A stretch of 59,949 bases of DNA, filler included, from Sphacelaria rigidula (Eukaryota), in NCBI GenBank assembly GCA_964200075.2. It is 7 parts of 7 records of this genome, joined end to end, with 100 filler letters (N's around TTAATTAATTAA, not from the genome) between each part and the next. Parts side by side here need not be neighbours in the genome. Positions count along the whole stretch, not along the records: positions 1 to 8,480 come from CAXNAA020011008.1; positions 8,581 to 17,059 come from CAXNAA020011009.1; 5 more parts are not named here. One strand, 5' to 3'. Position numbers and translations under genes: made by a program. Every line of letters begins with the position of its first letter. Within the stretch, counting starts at the first letter, position 1. The notes beneath the pieces are model-generated. The model was not told where the DNA came from. It ran no database searches and saw nothing but the letters and a program-made list of their open reading frames with translations. Shown here piece after piece: positions 1 through 12,871 of the stretch.

Positions 1-68
1 AACCCCATCGGGGGTCCGCCCCTACAAAGCCGGGACGGAGCACGCCGGGTTCTCGCCGGACCAGGCTA
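1..68. repeat. Short dispersed element ending CCCTACAAAGCCGGGACGGAGCACGCCGGGTTCTCGCCGGACCAGGCT (truncated by contig start)
   Basis: The same sequence recurs at 8707-8765 and 15464-15510, always ending at CCAGGC(T). Confidence 0.85.
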
Positions 69-1471
69 ATGAATTATATATTGCAGTAGCAAGAAAGAGA
101 TGCGACCTATTCGACGATCTTCATAGTCATCAGACAGTACTGGTCTGTCTATTTCAATCAACATGGTGCCCAACCTTCGAACGTTTCGTCGACCATTCCC
201 CAAACTATCGACCGTTCCTGGACGATTACCAAAGTTCCGGTCATTGCCCCCGTACAGCGGTTTCAAGAGTTGACTACACTTGCAAGGCGGGCTCTTAGCG
301 AAACCGACATACAAATGTACACGATGAGGTACAGGTTTCAGCCCTGTCGAAGGCAGCTGTTCTCCCTGATATCAGCGTTGGCAGGGCCACCGTCATTCCA
401 GAAAACGTTGTCGGAGTGCTCCTAAGGCAAGCGTGGGATAGGAATCGTTTTCTTCACGTGTTCTGGTTTGGCGTCGTGCCCAACCTTGCATGTCGCGGCG
501 AGTGCTCGGAATACTATCTTACCATCGTATCATCGCCTCGGTAACACCTTGCAAACCCAGAAATTTTGGGTTTGGTGCAATACGCCTCATCGTATGGAAG
601 ACGCCACTGATCACTCCATGCAATCTGACTTCGGGAGCCTTGAAAGAGGAGCCCGAATTGTTTGTGAGTGACAGCCTGAGTGCCACAACATTCAGGCGCC
701 GGAGGATGCGCTCAAGGTTTTTTCCTAACCAATCATCGCGTATCTGCTGCGACGTGTTCGACGCGATCCAAACCGACGTCACGTGAAATGGTGCGGAGGG
801 TGTGGTTCTACTGTATCGTTTCATTTCACGTACAAGGGAAGTGACAGTTAGCGGCCCAGTTCAGTCAAATGTGCTTCGATGGAGATTGAGAACGGCTCGA
901 GAATTCCGGAAGCGACTACGGTCTAGCATCCACGGGATGTCTCCTGCGGTACATCATGACGTACGAAGTACATATTTTTCGGAGGCAGAGAGTATCAGGA
1001 GAAGTTCTAGGAGTATCGCTCGTGAGAGAGGGATTTCAATCACGCTGTTTTCTCGTGGAACTACACGATTGTGTGTGGCAGCTGTCAGCCGCTGTCCGCC
1101 ATATTCTTTCTTGAGGGGTTTCGACGACTACTAGAACATTGGCCTTGTGTACACCATACTATCTGTGGTACCTACTCTGCGTTCTGCGTAACCGCACACG
1201 AGAAGCAGCCAGGCTATTACAATGGTACATGAAAGAAAAATACTAGCATAAGGCGTTCCCACTTGACTCAGCCTGATTCGGACACTCAGAACAAACCCGA
1301 CATCGACCGTACTCTCGCTACCCGCCGGTACCCGATTGAAGCGCAGGCGGTTATATCCACGCAAGCAAACCCATGCAACGACTCATACGTGTATACCCTG
1401 CAGGAGCAAACGCTTTGGTGACCCTCATAGGTTGATCGCGGGAAGGCCATACCACGTGCGTCGCCGCGCTG

Positions 1472-2092
1472 GTGTGTTGTGTGTGTTGTCATCCGACACT
1501 TTCTACGATAGCCTCCCCCCTAAAAGTGCCTGGCTTCGGGGGGCAAAATCTTGACGTAAATCAAAGTGGAAGAAGCCGAGAACAAACAGCAGCTGAGAAT
1601 TCTCACACCTGAGTTCGTTCTCGCCAATGTCGGCCGAATGAAGCGCCTCGTGCAGCCTGAACCCAAACATCAGGTGCTGTATGACCGTTTTTTTCGTGAC
1701 ACTTTTGGGCTGGTTTTGGGAGGGGGGGGGGGCTATCGTAGAAAGTGTCATCTCATCTATTCGTAATACCAGTCTAAACCTTTCGGTATATGTGGATGCA
1801 TCAGCCGGCGTCACACCGGAGCAAGGTCAACACAGGAGGTCTAATGTTTGTTGTTTTCAGCACTCCGCCTTCCTTCTGCGGTGTTTGCTTTCGTTTTCAT
1901 GGTGAGAAACGTTCAGAGCGCTCCTTCTCTCGTCGACCATGAATTCGAAGTTGTGTACCAACGACATAGTCGCTCTTCTTCCTTGGGTATGATGTGAGAA
2001 AAAAAACAGATCGTGTGATTTCACCGACAGTCGGACCCGCGTCCCAGCCGTCACAATGTTTCGATGACACCAACGGAGCCACCGGGGCGACC
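1472..2092 (-). mobile_element. tRNA-derived SINE, copy 1 (tail interrupted by a MITE)
   Basis: Minus strand begins GTCGCCCCGGTGGCTCCGTTGGT (A-box-like). The body is homologous to 4360-4707 and 14591-14948, and the tail is CA-rich. Confidence 0.8.
1495..1749. mobile_element. MITE family A (~250 bp, TIR GACACTTTCTACGATAGC-C tract)
   Basis: Terminal inverted repeats GACACTTTCTACGATAGCCTCCCCCC / GGGGGGGGCTATCGTAGAAAGTGTC, flanked by ATCC/ATCT. Homologous copies lie at 53049-53298 and 54765-55104. Confidence 0.9.
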
Positions 2093-2877
2093 GGCTAGCT
2101 TGAACGCACCGTTGTTGCTTCTCACATTGCAATTATTCTTCAGGCGTAAGGGGTTTGAAACGATCGAATTACGGCTCGTAAAAATTTCGATTTTTTCAAC
2201 CACGCATGTCAAGCAAAGTGTCCGTTATTCCCGTGTGGGTAGACCGCCTCATTCCCCTTTTAGCAGGGGAATCATTTGTACAAGATTTCCACGCAACAAC
2301 GCATACAAAACGCCAGAAGATGCCATGAAGCACACGTAATCATTGGGAGGTACGTAATGCAGTAAATGAGAAACAATTCAAAGCTTTTTCAAGGAAGGTG
2401 AGAGCAAAACTCGGATCGAACGGCACGAGTTGTGTTGTAGTTTACGGTGGTTTTTCTTCGTTTTCCCCATCTTTGCTCTCCCATATATATTTTCGTCACG
2501 CGTTCCCTTTCTGGTTCCATCCCTCGGCTGAACTCTTCCTATTCCACTCGAGTTCCCTTTCGCAAGCGTTTTCGTTCGGCTGCTTCGGGGCACATTTCCC
2601 CTCTTTTTCCGGCCGTAATTCACTGTGTTTCTTCCTCCTCTCTCTCGTTTTCATACCTCCGCTTCCTCGGGTGTCCTTCGGTAACTGTTTCCCTTCCATC
2701 CACCTTGGGTACGTCCATGGCGTGATCACGGTTGAATCCAACGCGGATTAGTCAATTCACCAGCGAATCAATCCGCGAATCCACCAAATTAACCAACATT
2801 TCTCTCATGACCATCCCTCAACTCCTGCCGGATCAGCCCACACCAGGTAATCGATAGGACATAACAATCGTCGTCTC

Positions 2878-3212
2878 TAGTAGCGAGGTGTGTTCACCAC
2901 TTGGCCGATGACGAAATTTCTCGCAAACACCTTTTCTAAACAACGCTAACCCTAACCCTAACCCCAACCCAAGGCATACCGAGACCCCTCGGGCGAGGGG
3001 TGTGAAGCGTTCCCTAGGCAAAGTGTGCGGTTGGCAGACCTCAAAACGGCGCCCCAGGCGCCGATTTCGACGAAAACGCGTTCTGCGCACGCGAGGAGCA
3101 GTTAGGACTGTCAGCCCCGCTAAAGATCCGAATATTGATATTTACACTCGAATCAAGTAATAAAATTCCGGGAAAGTTCTGATCGACCAAGTTGTGAACA
3201 CGAATGGTACTA
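2878..3212. mobile_element. TIR element with an internal telomere-like (CCCTAA)n tract
   Basis: Imperfect ~45-bp TIRs (GTGTTCACCACTTGGCCGAT vs ATCGACCAAGTTGTGAACAC), CTAG at both ends, and CTAACCCTAACCCTAACCCCAACCC at 2946-2970. Confidence 0.7.
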
Positions 3213-4359
3213 GCTCCCCAGGCTATGTCACTCCCCCATGTGGTTTTATACATGGTGATTTCATGCCGACGATGGTGTGGTTGCCAAAATTACGTACCTC
3301 TCTTGAGCATCCTGTGGGCCGCACTGGATGCCAGCGATCCCTTCCACACCCGCCTCCATCTGCGCGACGAAGTCCGGACCCTTGTAGATGGTAGGTGCCG
3401 TCACGGCTCGCGCAAACTCGCCTCCGTTGAGATACTCCGTCAAGGTGGACAGGATTCTATTTTTTTCCCCAAATGGTAAATTCGGGTTGGTGTACTTGTT
3501 CAGGTTTGTCTTAATCACACGAGTGATCCTGACATTTGGCATCCACGGTAGGTTCGTTGCGAGTGAAGCGTAGGGGCGGTATGGTTATTGATTTTGTTCC
3601 CAATACTCCAGCGCAAGTCCGATGTTGAAAGACTGAGGGTTGCAGCAGTGCTTCACGTCGTGCCGGGATTGTGAGGGATCGGGTTACTTAGGAAGTGCTT
3701 CTAGCTTCAAGTACTGGGTTTGCAAGTGCTTTTCGGGGTTCATCTCGATTCATGCAATCGTGTCGCGCAGTCGTTCGTTGTTTCATTCCTCGATTAATAT
3801 CTTTTCAGCCGCCCTCTTTTTTCTTTTTTCTTCTCCTCTGCTCGTCTCTACCTTTCCCTTCCTTTTAGCAAGGTTTGTATTTGTGGCTCGCTCCTGAGGA
3901 GTTAGTTGGGGGATGCGAGTGCCTACCCGAATGGTACATTCGCCAGATGTATGTGCCGTGACCTACTTCCACAGCACTGTCGTTTGTTGAAGCTCCGTAC
4001 CTGACGCCCTGTCAGGAGCCTTTCGAGACCCTGTCGTGATCGGTGCTCGATCTTCGCCCGGCGTTTTACTAGTCTTTCCTTTTCTTGCTTTTTCCTTCGG
4101 TTCTTTCGAGTTGCTCTGTTGGTGTCATCAGTTTCTCGTGTTTCGTTTTATTTCTGTGTTTTTCGGAGTTTGCTTGAGTCAGGGAGTGCTTACGTCACGG
4201 TACACTTGAGTACATCAGGTGATCACAGCTGGATATTCGAAGCAGACGAGGTCATCTTGGACAATCAACCAACCAAACGCCATCCCCACGGAGGCTTTGT
4301 TCAACGACAGGACGTTCGATTACATGGTTGTCAAAGAGGAAGTGTGTATTGTTTTGCTT

Positions 4360-4707
4360 GTGTTGTCGTCCCATCTATTCTGGACGTCAGTCTACACCGT
4401 TCGGTGTATGTGGGCGCATCAGTCGGAGTCACACAGGAGGATGGCAAGTGCAGGAGTTATGTCTTTTCTGTTTTGTTTTAGTGCTCTACCTCCCCTCTGC
4501 GGCGCTTGCCTTTGTTTTTTATCGCGAGATGGGTTCAGCAGCCCCATTCCCTCGTTGACCCCATCAATTTGAATTTCGAGTACCGACGACATAGTCGCTC
4601 TCCCCTGTTGGGCATTATGTGAGAAAAAATCTCAGATCGCTGAAATTCGAACCCACGAACCAACGGTCAGAACATGTTGAGGTTACCAACTGAACCACCC
4701 GGGCGAC
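4360..4707 (-). mobile_element. tRNA-derived SINE, copy 2
   Basis: Minus strand carries A box GGTGGTTCAGTTGGT and B box GGTTCGAATT; the body is shared with the other copies. Confidence 0.85.
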
Positions 4708-5590
4708 TGGCTACTGCAGTTTACGAAGGAAAAACCCCAAATGAAAAGTGCTATTTTTCAGTGGAGACGCAATTGCTAGCAGAAACCATAGTGAGAGTTA
4801 CAGCTGTCCTTCCAACAGAGGGGATGAAAGAGATACCCATGTCCACGTCCTCACATTTTTAGCGATGGGAATCACATGCTTTGTAGAACAAAGTAAGACC
4901 CACATTTTCCTGACCCAATGGATTAAAATGTTATACCATCAGACCACCGGGGTGCATATTACTAGCATACACGATATCATCGCTCAAACCCCACTACAAG
5001 GTATATGGTGAGCGCGACAACCTAGCCCTTCATGACTACACCAATATGAACCAACATCTGATAAGCGTATCTGGCATGCTGTCGATTTGGTGTTTGTGAA
5101 ACGGCCGTCGCGTTTGTGCCTGCTCATGAGCTATTTAGCAACGACTATGACGGGTTTTTCGTCATGAGGAAGGGGGGCAAGTGTTTCTGACCGCTCCCTG
5201 TTGGCCATTTGAAACATGCTTCCACAACACGTGCATCACGCGTCGGGTCTCGGCTGTTTCCTAGCACATCCTCAAGACTCCCAGTACGGTACAATGGGTC
5301 GGAAAAAAACATCTCCGGGTTGATATCAAACGTTACGCTTAAGATATCCTACGATATACGACGGGGGGGTTCGACTGCACGGACTAAAAGGGTTCAAAAG
5401 TGTGGCACACGACCTCACACACTCCTTGTGCGACTGTACCTGGCTGTACCCCTCCCTGGGCGGTGTGAACGCGTGCGTCACGTTTATACTAAGAGCATTT
5501 TCGAATCGAATCTGCCTTGAAGCGACGCTTCAAAGCAATTCCTTCGTGCTGGAGGTGGCTCGAATCACTCCCCCTCCCCCCCCACCCCCC

Positions 5591-8439
5591 TTCCCCAAAT
5601 CCTAGCGATACAGCGAGAATAGAGTTTAAAAGGAAATGCAATGAAGTTGGACTACCCTGTTTGGCGAGAGGAAAAACAGAGAGGGGGGGAGAACAGTTTC
5701 GAATCACGCTAAAGAGAGCGTAAGCAAGGAGTGGGAAAGGATAGAGATAAGCAAGGTGTCGGCATGGGTCAGAAGGGTAGGATGGAGAGTACGCATAGCC
5801 AACGGAACAACAAACCTAAGACGTAGTGCGCGGGTAAACGGGTGGAAGGGGAAGCAAAACCAAGTAAGTACCCGGAAGGGGAAGGGGAGGGGACATAACG
5901 GCCCGAAGAAAATAGACAAAGACCAAACCGGTAAGGGGCAGAACAATCAAGCAAGGGGAGATAGAAATAGAAACGACGGAGGGATAACAGTCGACACGAG
6001 GAGAATGGATGATGATTCTGCAAGGAAGCTGATAACAGGATCATTGAACATGTGTGGATTCGCCACATATAAACGAAGAAGAAGAGAGATAGCCCAACGA
6101 GCAGGAAACCCCGACCTAAATATAGTGGGGGTCTAAGAGTCATGGGAGGGGGAGGGAGCGAAATAGGTTGCAAAGCTGAAGACTACAGATGGATAGGGAA
6201 AAGCAGAAGGGACAAGACCCCCAAGAGCAGGGGAGCGGGGGGAGTAGGATTCTTAGTCAAGGAATACCTGTGTGACATTATAGGAGTGATCGAAGAGAGT
6301 CATATGGACAAGGGTACCAGGAGAACGGGGAACGAAGGATTTCTTCGTAGGGAACATCTACATGCTCCCAGAATCGAAGAGTAGGGCGAACGATATACAG
6401 CGGAGGTTTGGAGAGATAGCAGCAGATGTACATAAGTACAAAGTGAAAGGAGAAAAATGTTAGTGGGAAATCTTAATCAAGGGTTGGATAAAGCAGGGCA
6501 ACCGAATGATATGATTGGGCAATACGGAGAAGATAGAAAGAACACGAATGGGGTAGATTCCTTGAGCGTAACGAGATAAAGATGCTGAACGATAGAGCAC
6601 ACAAGCCAGAGGCGCAATGGACATGAACTAAAGAATGCAAAGACGAGATAGAACGTTTCGTTCTTGACTATATAGTGGTAGAGCATGGAAACAGTGAAGG
6701 AATGGAAGTTCGTGCATGCGCGAAGGACGTGGGAACGACAGATCATTGCCTGGATGTGGACAAAAAGCCAACAGACGAGAGTTAAAAGAAATGGGCGGAG
6801 TAGAAAGTTGTACAAACGGAGAAACGATAGACTAGAATTGGGAGAAAAACATAAAGTGTTCCGAGAATGGTGGTCGAAAATGCAGTGACATTTTTCGAGC
6901 TGTTGGAACGCGTAGGTACAGTTGATACCGAAATGGAAAGGGATCGGACAGGAGCGAAGATTACAGAAGGATGGGAGCAAGGAGTTACACAAGGATGTAC
7001 GTTACTACCTAGGTTCAACGTATCTATTAATGAGCGATAGTGGCAAAGAGACAACAAAGCAAGGAGTCAAGGTGGGGGAAGATATGGTACCGGATTGATG
7101 TTCGCAGATGATTCCGTGTGGATATCATACACACCAGAAGGTTTGCAGACACAAAAAGATAAGGCGATAGAATACACTAGCAGAATGAGCGTGGCAGCGA
7201 ACGTCCACCAATGCGCGGTAGTCGTCTGTAACGAAGATAAGAAAAATCCGGTAGAGTGCGAATGGAAAGGGGGAAAAGAGGAACTGCTGATCGTAGACCA
7301 GTGTACATACCTTGGCGCAGCTGTCTGAAAAAATGTTCTTGGGATGCACATACATGAATAAAGTACTAGGAAAGGGTAAGCTTCAGATGGGAAGAATGGA
7401 CGTGATCCTCAGAGACTCGCGCCTTGATACCAGGGTCAAGAGATATATCCTGATGAACTTGATTGTACCAAAGCTGGAATATGCAGGAGAAGTATGGGAG
7501 GAAAACGTGAAGTTGGCGAAGAAGTTGGAAACAGTGCAGATGGCAGCAGCTAAGAAGATACTTGGATGCTCGAAAACGACGAGTAATACAGCATTGACAG
7601 CAGAGTTGGGAATTTACCCACTTAAAACTAACAGAGACACGAGGAAACTGAGAGCACAATATAGCGTGAAGAACATACAGAGAAAGATATTGCTAGCCTT
7701 AGTTGATGAGGATGTATGAAAAAAAATGACGAGATGGTAGGCTGGAATATGGTGGGATAGAGAAGTCGAGAAAGTATGTAAGGAGATAGGAGGAGCTCAA
7801 GACGAAATACCATCCATAGGTAAAGGCACAGAGTGCAAACAAAAGTATGAGGTATGATAGAAATGAGGGGGAAAGGAGAGCTCAAACGCAAAGTAGACGA
7901 GGAAAAACACATGGAGATATATAGGGGGTCGAGAGAGGGGATAGGGATGAAAGCATATTTGCATGGCCCAATGGATGCGGCGAAAAACTAGAAACTGCGA
8001 TTTTGGGTGGGGGACCTGGATCGGCAGGAAAGAAGAAAAATACATACCAGTAGTCGAGCGAAAGAGAAAGTAGATGCACAGAACTGTCCATGAGGCAAAG
8101 CAATGGAGAGCAGAAGTCATATAGTGGCAGAATATGAACTATACAATGAGGAACGGGACATGCTAGAGGTGAAAATGCGGGACGTGGACGAAGGATGAAA
8201 TCGTGTGATGCACTAGACAGTGGCGACAAAACGACGGCTATACTAGGAGGTAGATGGTCGCCAGAGACGGCGAAGAAGGACGGGGACAAGATACGTGAAA
8301 GTGTTTTGTGTAGTGTACAGGAGAAACGTGATGAGCACCCAAATGCAGGAAGTCTCTGTTAGGATTAGGAACGGTGCTCCGTGTCGAAAGGGATGCGTGG
8401 TCAATGGTCAAACGACTAGGGCAAGCAACGAATGAGTAC
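5591..8439 (+). mobile_element. Degenerate non-LTR retrotransposon (APE endonuclease + RT) with C-rich 3' tail
   Basis: APE motifs GSLNMCG, IVGV*ESW, GAGGVGFLVK, LDYIVV and TTDH (~6030-6750). RT motifs GVTQGCTLLP, LMFADD and TYLG (~6980-7320). C-terminal CPxG...ESRSH. Many stops and frameshifts, and RT subdomains 0-3 appear deleted. C tracts flank it at 5570-5590 and 8440-8480. Confidence 0.92.
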
Positions 8440-8480
8440 CGCACACACCCACCCACCCCACCACCCACACCACACAACAC

Positions 8481-8580
8481 NNNNNNNNNNNNNNNNNNNN
8501 NNNNNNNNNNNNNNNNNNNNNNNNTTAATTAATTAANNNNNNNNNNNNNNNNNNNNNNNNNNNNNNNNNNNNNNNNNNNN
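8481..8580. other. Artificial contig spacer (44 N + TTAATTAATTAA + 44 N); the same spacer is at 17060-17159, 25639-25738, 34217-34316, 42795-42894 and 51373-51472
   Basis: Identical 100-nt linker with stop codons in all six frames, repeated six times. Intervening contigs are 8480, 8479, 8479, 8478, 8478, 8478 and 8477 nt, i.e. sorted by size. Confidence 0.99.
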
Positions 8581-8637
8581 GTTACTGGGAAAAAAAAAAC
8601 GCAAGCGCGCAAAAAAAACCCCGGTAACCTGGTTGCC

Positions 8638-8766
8638 TAGCCTACGCAGTGAGTGGCTTGTTTTACAGCGTTATCGCCAACCAACGCCAACCACATCGAT
8701 GGTCTACCCCTACAAAGCCGGGACGGAGCACGCCGGGTTCTCGCCGGGTTCTCGCCGGACCAGGCG
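8638..8766. repeat. Short element with TAGCCT...AGGC(TA) termini (same family as 1-68)
   Basis: Starts TAGCCTACGCAG and ends CCGGACCAGGC; has an internal 12-bp tandem duplication (GGTTCTCGCCGG x2). Confidence 0.65.
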
Positions 8767-10208
8767 GTGGGAGAGGGAAGGGGGGTACTTGTGTGCGCCA
8801 TTGCATAGACAATACTTGTTAGCTGACGTTTTCGGACTCACCAATTGATGAAATACTGTGCCCTGCATTTGTGTCCTTCTCACGCCTCAGCGAAAACTTC
8901 AAATGGGCCAATCACAGATCGGAGCTCTTGAGCTTGTTCAAAACACTCACGCACATCATGGATGACCACTCACGTCACGAGTTGGCTTGTTGTAGAGATA
9001 TACACCAACACGGTGGTTAGAGAGAAAAAAATGCAGCCCACAGAAACGATCGGACCAGCAAAAGTACACAAGCGCTTCGATGCAGTCTGCAATTTGACAT
9101 TTGGTAGTTCTACACTACATCTCCCGCTGGCACATTAGCATCATCCACATCATGCACCGCGGCGAGACATTGGCAGATTGCTCTACGCTGGCGGATGACC
9201 GGAGATGGCTTTGGTTAAGAACGACTATCGAAAGAGCGCAACATGCTTCTCATTGTGAAAACGAAGGTGAGATATACGAGATTCCTTCCTTCTGGTCTCT
9301 CTCACGCATGCCAATCTGCAAGGGTGCGTTGAGTAGGGTTACCACCCGGAGATCCGCTCTCCCGAATTTTGTGTTGCGATTGGGTATATTAGTCAAGAAC
9401 GATCGCAATATTCTACCCGATATCTGGGTACTGCTGAGTTTTTTCTTCACGTGTTGCACTTCGAACCCCTCCCCCCTTCCTCGAAAGGAGTCCGTGGTCT
9501 CAAGGAATCAGCCTATCTCTCCCCAAGTACACGCCTTGCATTCTGGTCTCGCAGATTGGGTCAATACTCCCGCACTGCGTCGACTCTTGTAAAAAAAACT
9601 CAGTTAACAACCTTTGTTTACTCACGTACTCACGCTTTCGATGGTGGAGATCAGGTACTTTGAAAGAAACCCATTGCATCGGAAATAGAACCAACATTAT
9701 CTCCATTCTTATGGTGACAGTCGAACCATTTTAATTTACACCACCGAGGCGCGGCGGCAAAATGAGTAGAATGTCAATACTGCACCCAACGTTTTGGGTT
9801 TTTACAGAGCACGATCTTTAAAAAATACCCAAATGAAGGGCGTCCTCTACCCAACCCACCCTTGCAAATCTGGTCGCTGCGGGTACCACCTTGTCCGCGA
9901 GCTCAGCACTGAGGAGATTATGAGCCTACCGCCCGACCGATCTACTCGAAAATAGCGTCTTCGAGCCTGCACCCAGTTCGAGGACACCCGATCCCGGATG
10001 AGGCAGATCTAGATGACCACGACGAGGAATCTCGCACTGTGTTTTCGCGCGTTGCCCTCCGTGAGCTGATCTTCTTCTCCAGAACAAACACGCGCTCTAA
10101 AAATCGACAAGAGAAACACTGGTAAACTACCAAGGATGTATTGAAAAATATGAAAATGTTGGCCCGTCCGTACCCGTCGTGGATTCACGCAAAATGTTCA
10201 ACACGTCG

Positions 10209-10400
10209 GACAGTTCATGAGCTACCTCGAACGAACAATCGACGAGGACTGTCGGATCCCTTGTCCAAGAACATACAATAGGTACCAGTGGGGTCCGGAA
10301 AGTCAAATATCTACCTTTGCGCTACTCAGGGTGTCCGGCGTCTGGCGCTGTAGGGAGCAAGTACGGCAAAAGGGACCACATGAGCTTGCTCATGATCTGG
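10209..10400. repeat. Dispersed repeat homologous to ~28690-28850
   Basis: Shared blocks CTAC(C/A)TTTGCGCTA, GGGAGCAA(G/A)TA(C/T)GG and ATGAGCT(T/A)GCT(C/T)ATGATC. ACAGTTCATGAGCTACCT here is the reverse complement of AGGTAGCTCATGAGCTGT at ~28834, suggesting TIRs. Confidence 0.55.
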
Positions 10401-12233
10401 ATCAGTGTACTGATAGGAAATAATATTTACGTAGATCATGAGCCGTCCGAAGTATGAAATGTTTCACTTCTCGCGCCCAAGGTAAAGACCACTCAGAGGT
10501 AGCCGCGCCTCCGACATTAGTGATATCGTAGTCAGGGTGATACATCTGTGCTCCATCTGCGATTTCCAAGCTCCCCATTGTGTAGTCGAATGAACGACTT
10601 CTTGACGCCATGACTTTGAAAACAACGGGCATTTTTGCTGTGGTCGCTGGGATGCCAGCGTCAGAGGTGAACGGGTCCCAGAACTGTGTACCATGGAGCA
10701 CACAGAGATTGCTAGTCCTGGAGGGAGTGAGCTCCTCGTCGGGGATCAGACAGCTACAAAGCTGGGGGTCATGGGGAACGATCTTTCGTAGATGTTGTAT
10801 AGGGGACCGGAGCCACGGAATCCCAGGAATGCTAGGAACGTGCTTCTCATAAATACATGCATCCAAGATACAGTTGATTGCAACATGAAAAAAACCCATG
10901 AAATCTTAGAAGGTGGTCAATATCACGGTTAGGACGAATAAAACCGTGACTGAACATATGTTCATCATTTCAACGAATAGATCATACGATTCAAACATCA
11001 TTTGTAATTTATACAGGTTTTAAGCTCTTGAGTCGTGCGGTACACCGTCAACGGCACCTGTTTCCTACCTTCGGGTCATAGGGGGGTAGATCATGGGCAC
11101 GTATTAATCCCCCGTAAAAAAATGCGGAATGAAATGATTGTACATGCCACCCACACTTACCATGAGGCGTGAATGGCATCCACATCTATGCCATGCGTAT
11201 GACTCGTCCGGGACGAAGAGTCGGCACATGGTTGAATCCTCTCATCTCATGGGCATCAGTCGTACTCTCCTCCCAATCTGTATGCGGTTGAGATAACTGT
11301 ACTGCACATGTTATCCACCGTCGGAGTAATGCGGGACCAACAGTTGAATACAGGTTGACTCCTGTCATCTCATGAGAAGTCAACTCGCATACATCGTAAT
11401 TTTTCCTAACCGTGGTCTTTACTCAGTACTTCCTCTGTCCCATAAGCGCGATTGCTTACGTTTCTGCGGGCCGTCACGTAACAGTATCCGCTTTTCAATT
11501 CCTTTTTGTTATTGAATTATCTCGTGTTTTTCAAGTTGAAGTACTTTTCTTTTTTAGTAGTTGCCGTTTGCCCCCATGCGGCCCAACTGCCGCAAAAAAA
11601 TCAATCGGTCCGACATTGGCCGCATTTCGCTCCTTCTCTAAGGGCAACAACACGTCGAAAATACAGCGGGATAGCCATCGCAGTTTCCATTGACATTGCG
11701 TAGCGGCGGTCCGATAAAAGCTCGGCGCCCGGCTGGCGAGGCGGGGGATGTGGGGGATTCGGACGTGATATGGGAATCCTCGACAAAAATGTTGATAAAA
11801 AAAAGAACAGGTGAGTATAGGGTGTATTTCGACTCATTTTTTGTATGTATGTATACATTTTGCACCAGAATCGTCTGCATTGTATGTTATTTCTATAATA
11901 AACCCGACTACAGCATCGTCACTTAAACGGTTATACCCATATGAACAAATACTCGTTACCAAGCAGACTCATGGGACAGAGGAAGTATGTGTATAGACAT
12001 CGATGAACTAACCACCAAACGGTGAAAGACGTCTTCGTTTCTTTCTTGGCGGTTCGAATGACCGGCCAAAACCGAATTTTTTTCCCCCAAAGGTAAGGCT
12101 TACCGAACACTACACGAATGGGACGTTTTACTCTCTCGGTGCATGCTGCTATCTCCATAGTTTCTGGGGTAAAAAATCGATCAAAAATCCTCTGAGACTG
12201 CGGACACGTCCCCAGTTGAAGGGAAAGCGGTTT

Positions 12234-12359
12234 TCAACCCTTTGGAAACCCTGTGACGATTTTTGTTGTTGTGAATCGGCATCATTTTCAGTCATTTTGA
12301 AGTAAAAATAATGCCGATTCACAAAAACAAAAATCGCCAATGGGTTCCCAAAGGGTTAA
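12234..12359. mobile_element. Palindromic MITE with piggyBac-like termini
   Basis: Near-perfect ~125-bp foldback: TCAACCCTTTGGAAACCC...GGGTTCCCAAAGGGTTAA, i.e. CCC/GGG ends within TTAA-like flanks. Confidence 0.7.
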
Positions 12360-12387
12360 TTCAAACTGTGATGTAAAACTACTAATC

Positions 12388-12620
12388 TAGTATTATTACT
12401 GTTATTAGTATTATTTCCGCACTTTCGTCCGATCTCTCGAACCCGTGGTCACAGACGCAGGCTCGTCTTCCCAACACCGTCCCTGTCACCTATGCCTTGC
12501 AAGACATGGAATTCTCATCGTTTCTTCTGAAACTCTAAACAAAACAAGAAGGAAACAAAGCAGAACAAACAAGATAACACCAAACACAAAAAGATGAAAA
12601 ACGAAAAAAACACATCCGTC
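12388..12620 (-). mobile_element. Retroposon 3' end with (TAA/TAC)-rich tail; related copies at 43943-44110 (-) and ~26975-27037 (+)
   Basis: Shared plus-strand CCGATCTC..GAA(C/A)C(C/T)GTGGTCACAGACG(C/T)AGGCT...CAAGACATGGA next to a (TAT/TAC)n tract. Confidence 0.7.
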
Positions 12621-12638
12621 TCGACACGTTGTGTTCAC

Positions 12639-12871
12639 CTCCAGAACGAAGACAGCGTGCCGTCTTCTCGCAAAAATATTCGGCTGAACAGGTACGAAGG
12701 CAACCCGCCGTTTGTCACAGCTACCCATGGCAGATTGGCTCCATGACGTACGAAGAGCTCCGCCGCCGCCGCGTTGAGTTTGTCCTCCATCCACACAGAT
12801 ACCGCCTCGCCCGCCGCCTCGCCTGTTTTTCGGCCGCTCTCCGCCAGTGATACCACCTCCTCTGCGTTCAC
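12639..12871 (-). CDS. PfkB/ribokinase-family carbohydrate kinase, internal exon (VNAEE...WVAVTNG...FWR)
   Basis: Acceptor TGCAG and donor AG|GTGAAC. Joins in frame with exon 15974-16084 to give LKVNAEE (PfkB KxNxxE motif) and contains VAVTxG. Confidence 0.8.

Noticed and set aside
1-68. HDV-like ribozyme or 7SL-derived head in the TAGCCT-family repeat
   Set aside because: Only short, partial resemblances; a canonical P3/L3/P1.1 fold or Alu domain could not be built by eye.
8481-8580. Regularly spaced TTAATTAATTAA motif every ~8.58 kb
   Set aside because: Artificial linker between concatenated contigs. Adjacency of genes across spacers has no biological meaning, so no gene cluster or operon is claimed.
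10402-10899. 165-aa minus-strand ORF
   Set aside because: No recognisable motif and no convincing splice sites linking it to the PfkB gene (no GAGD exon found on this contig). Left unannotated.
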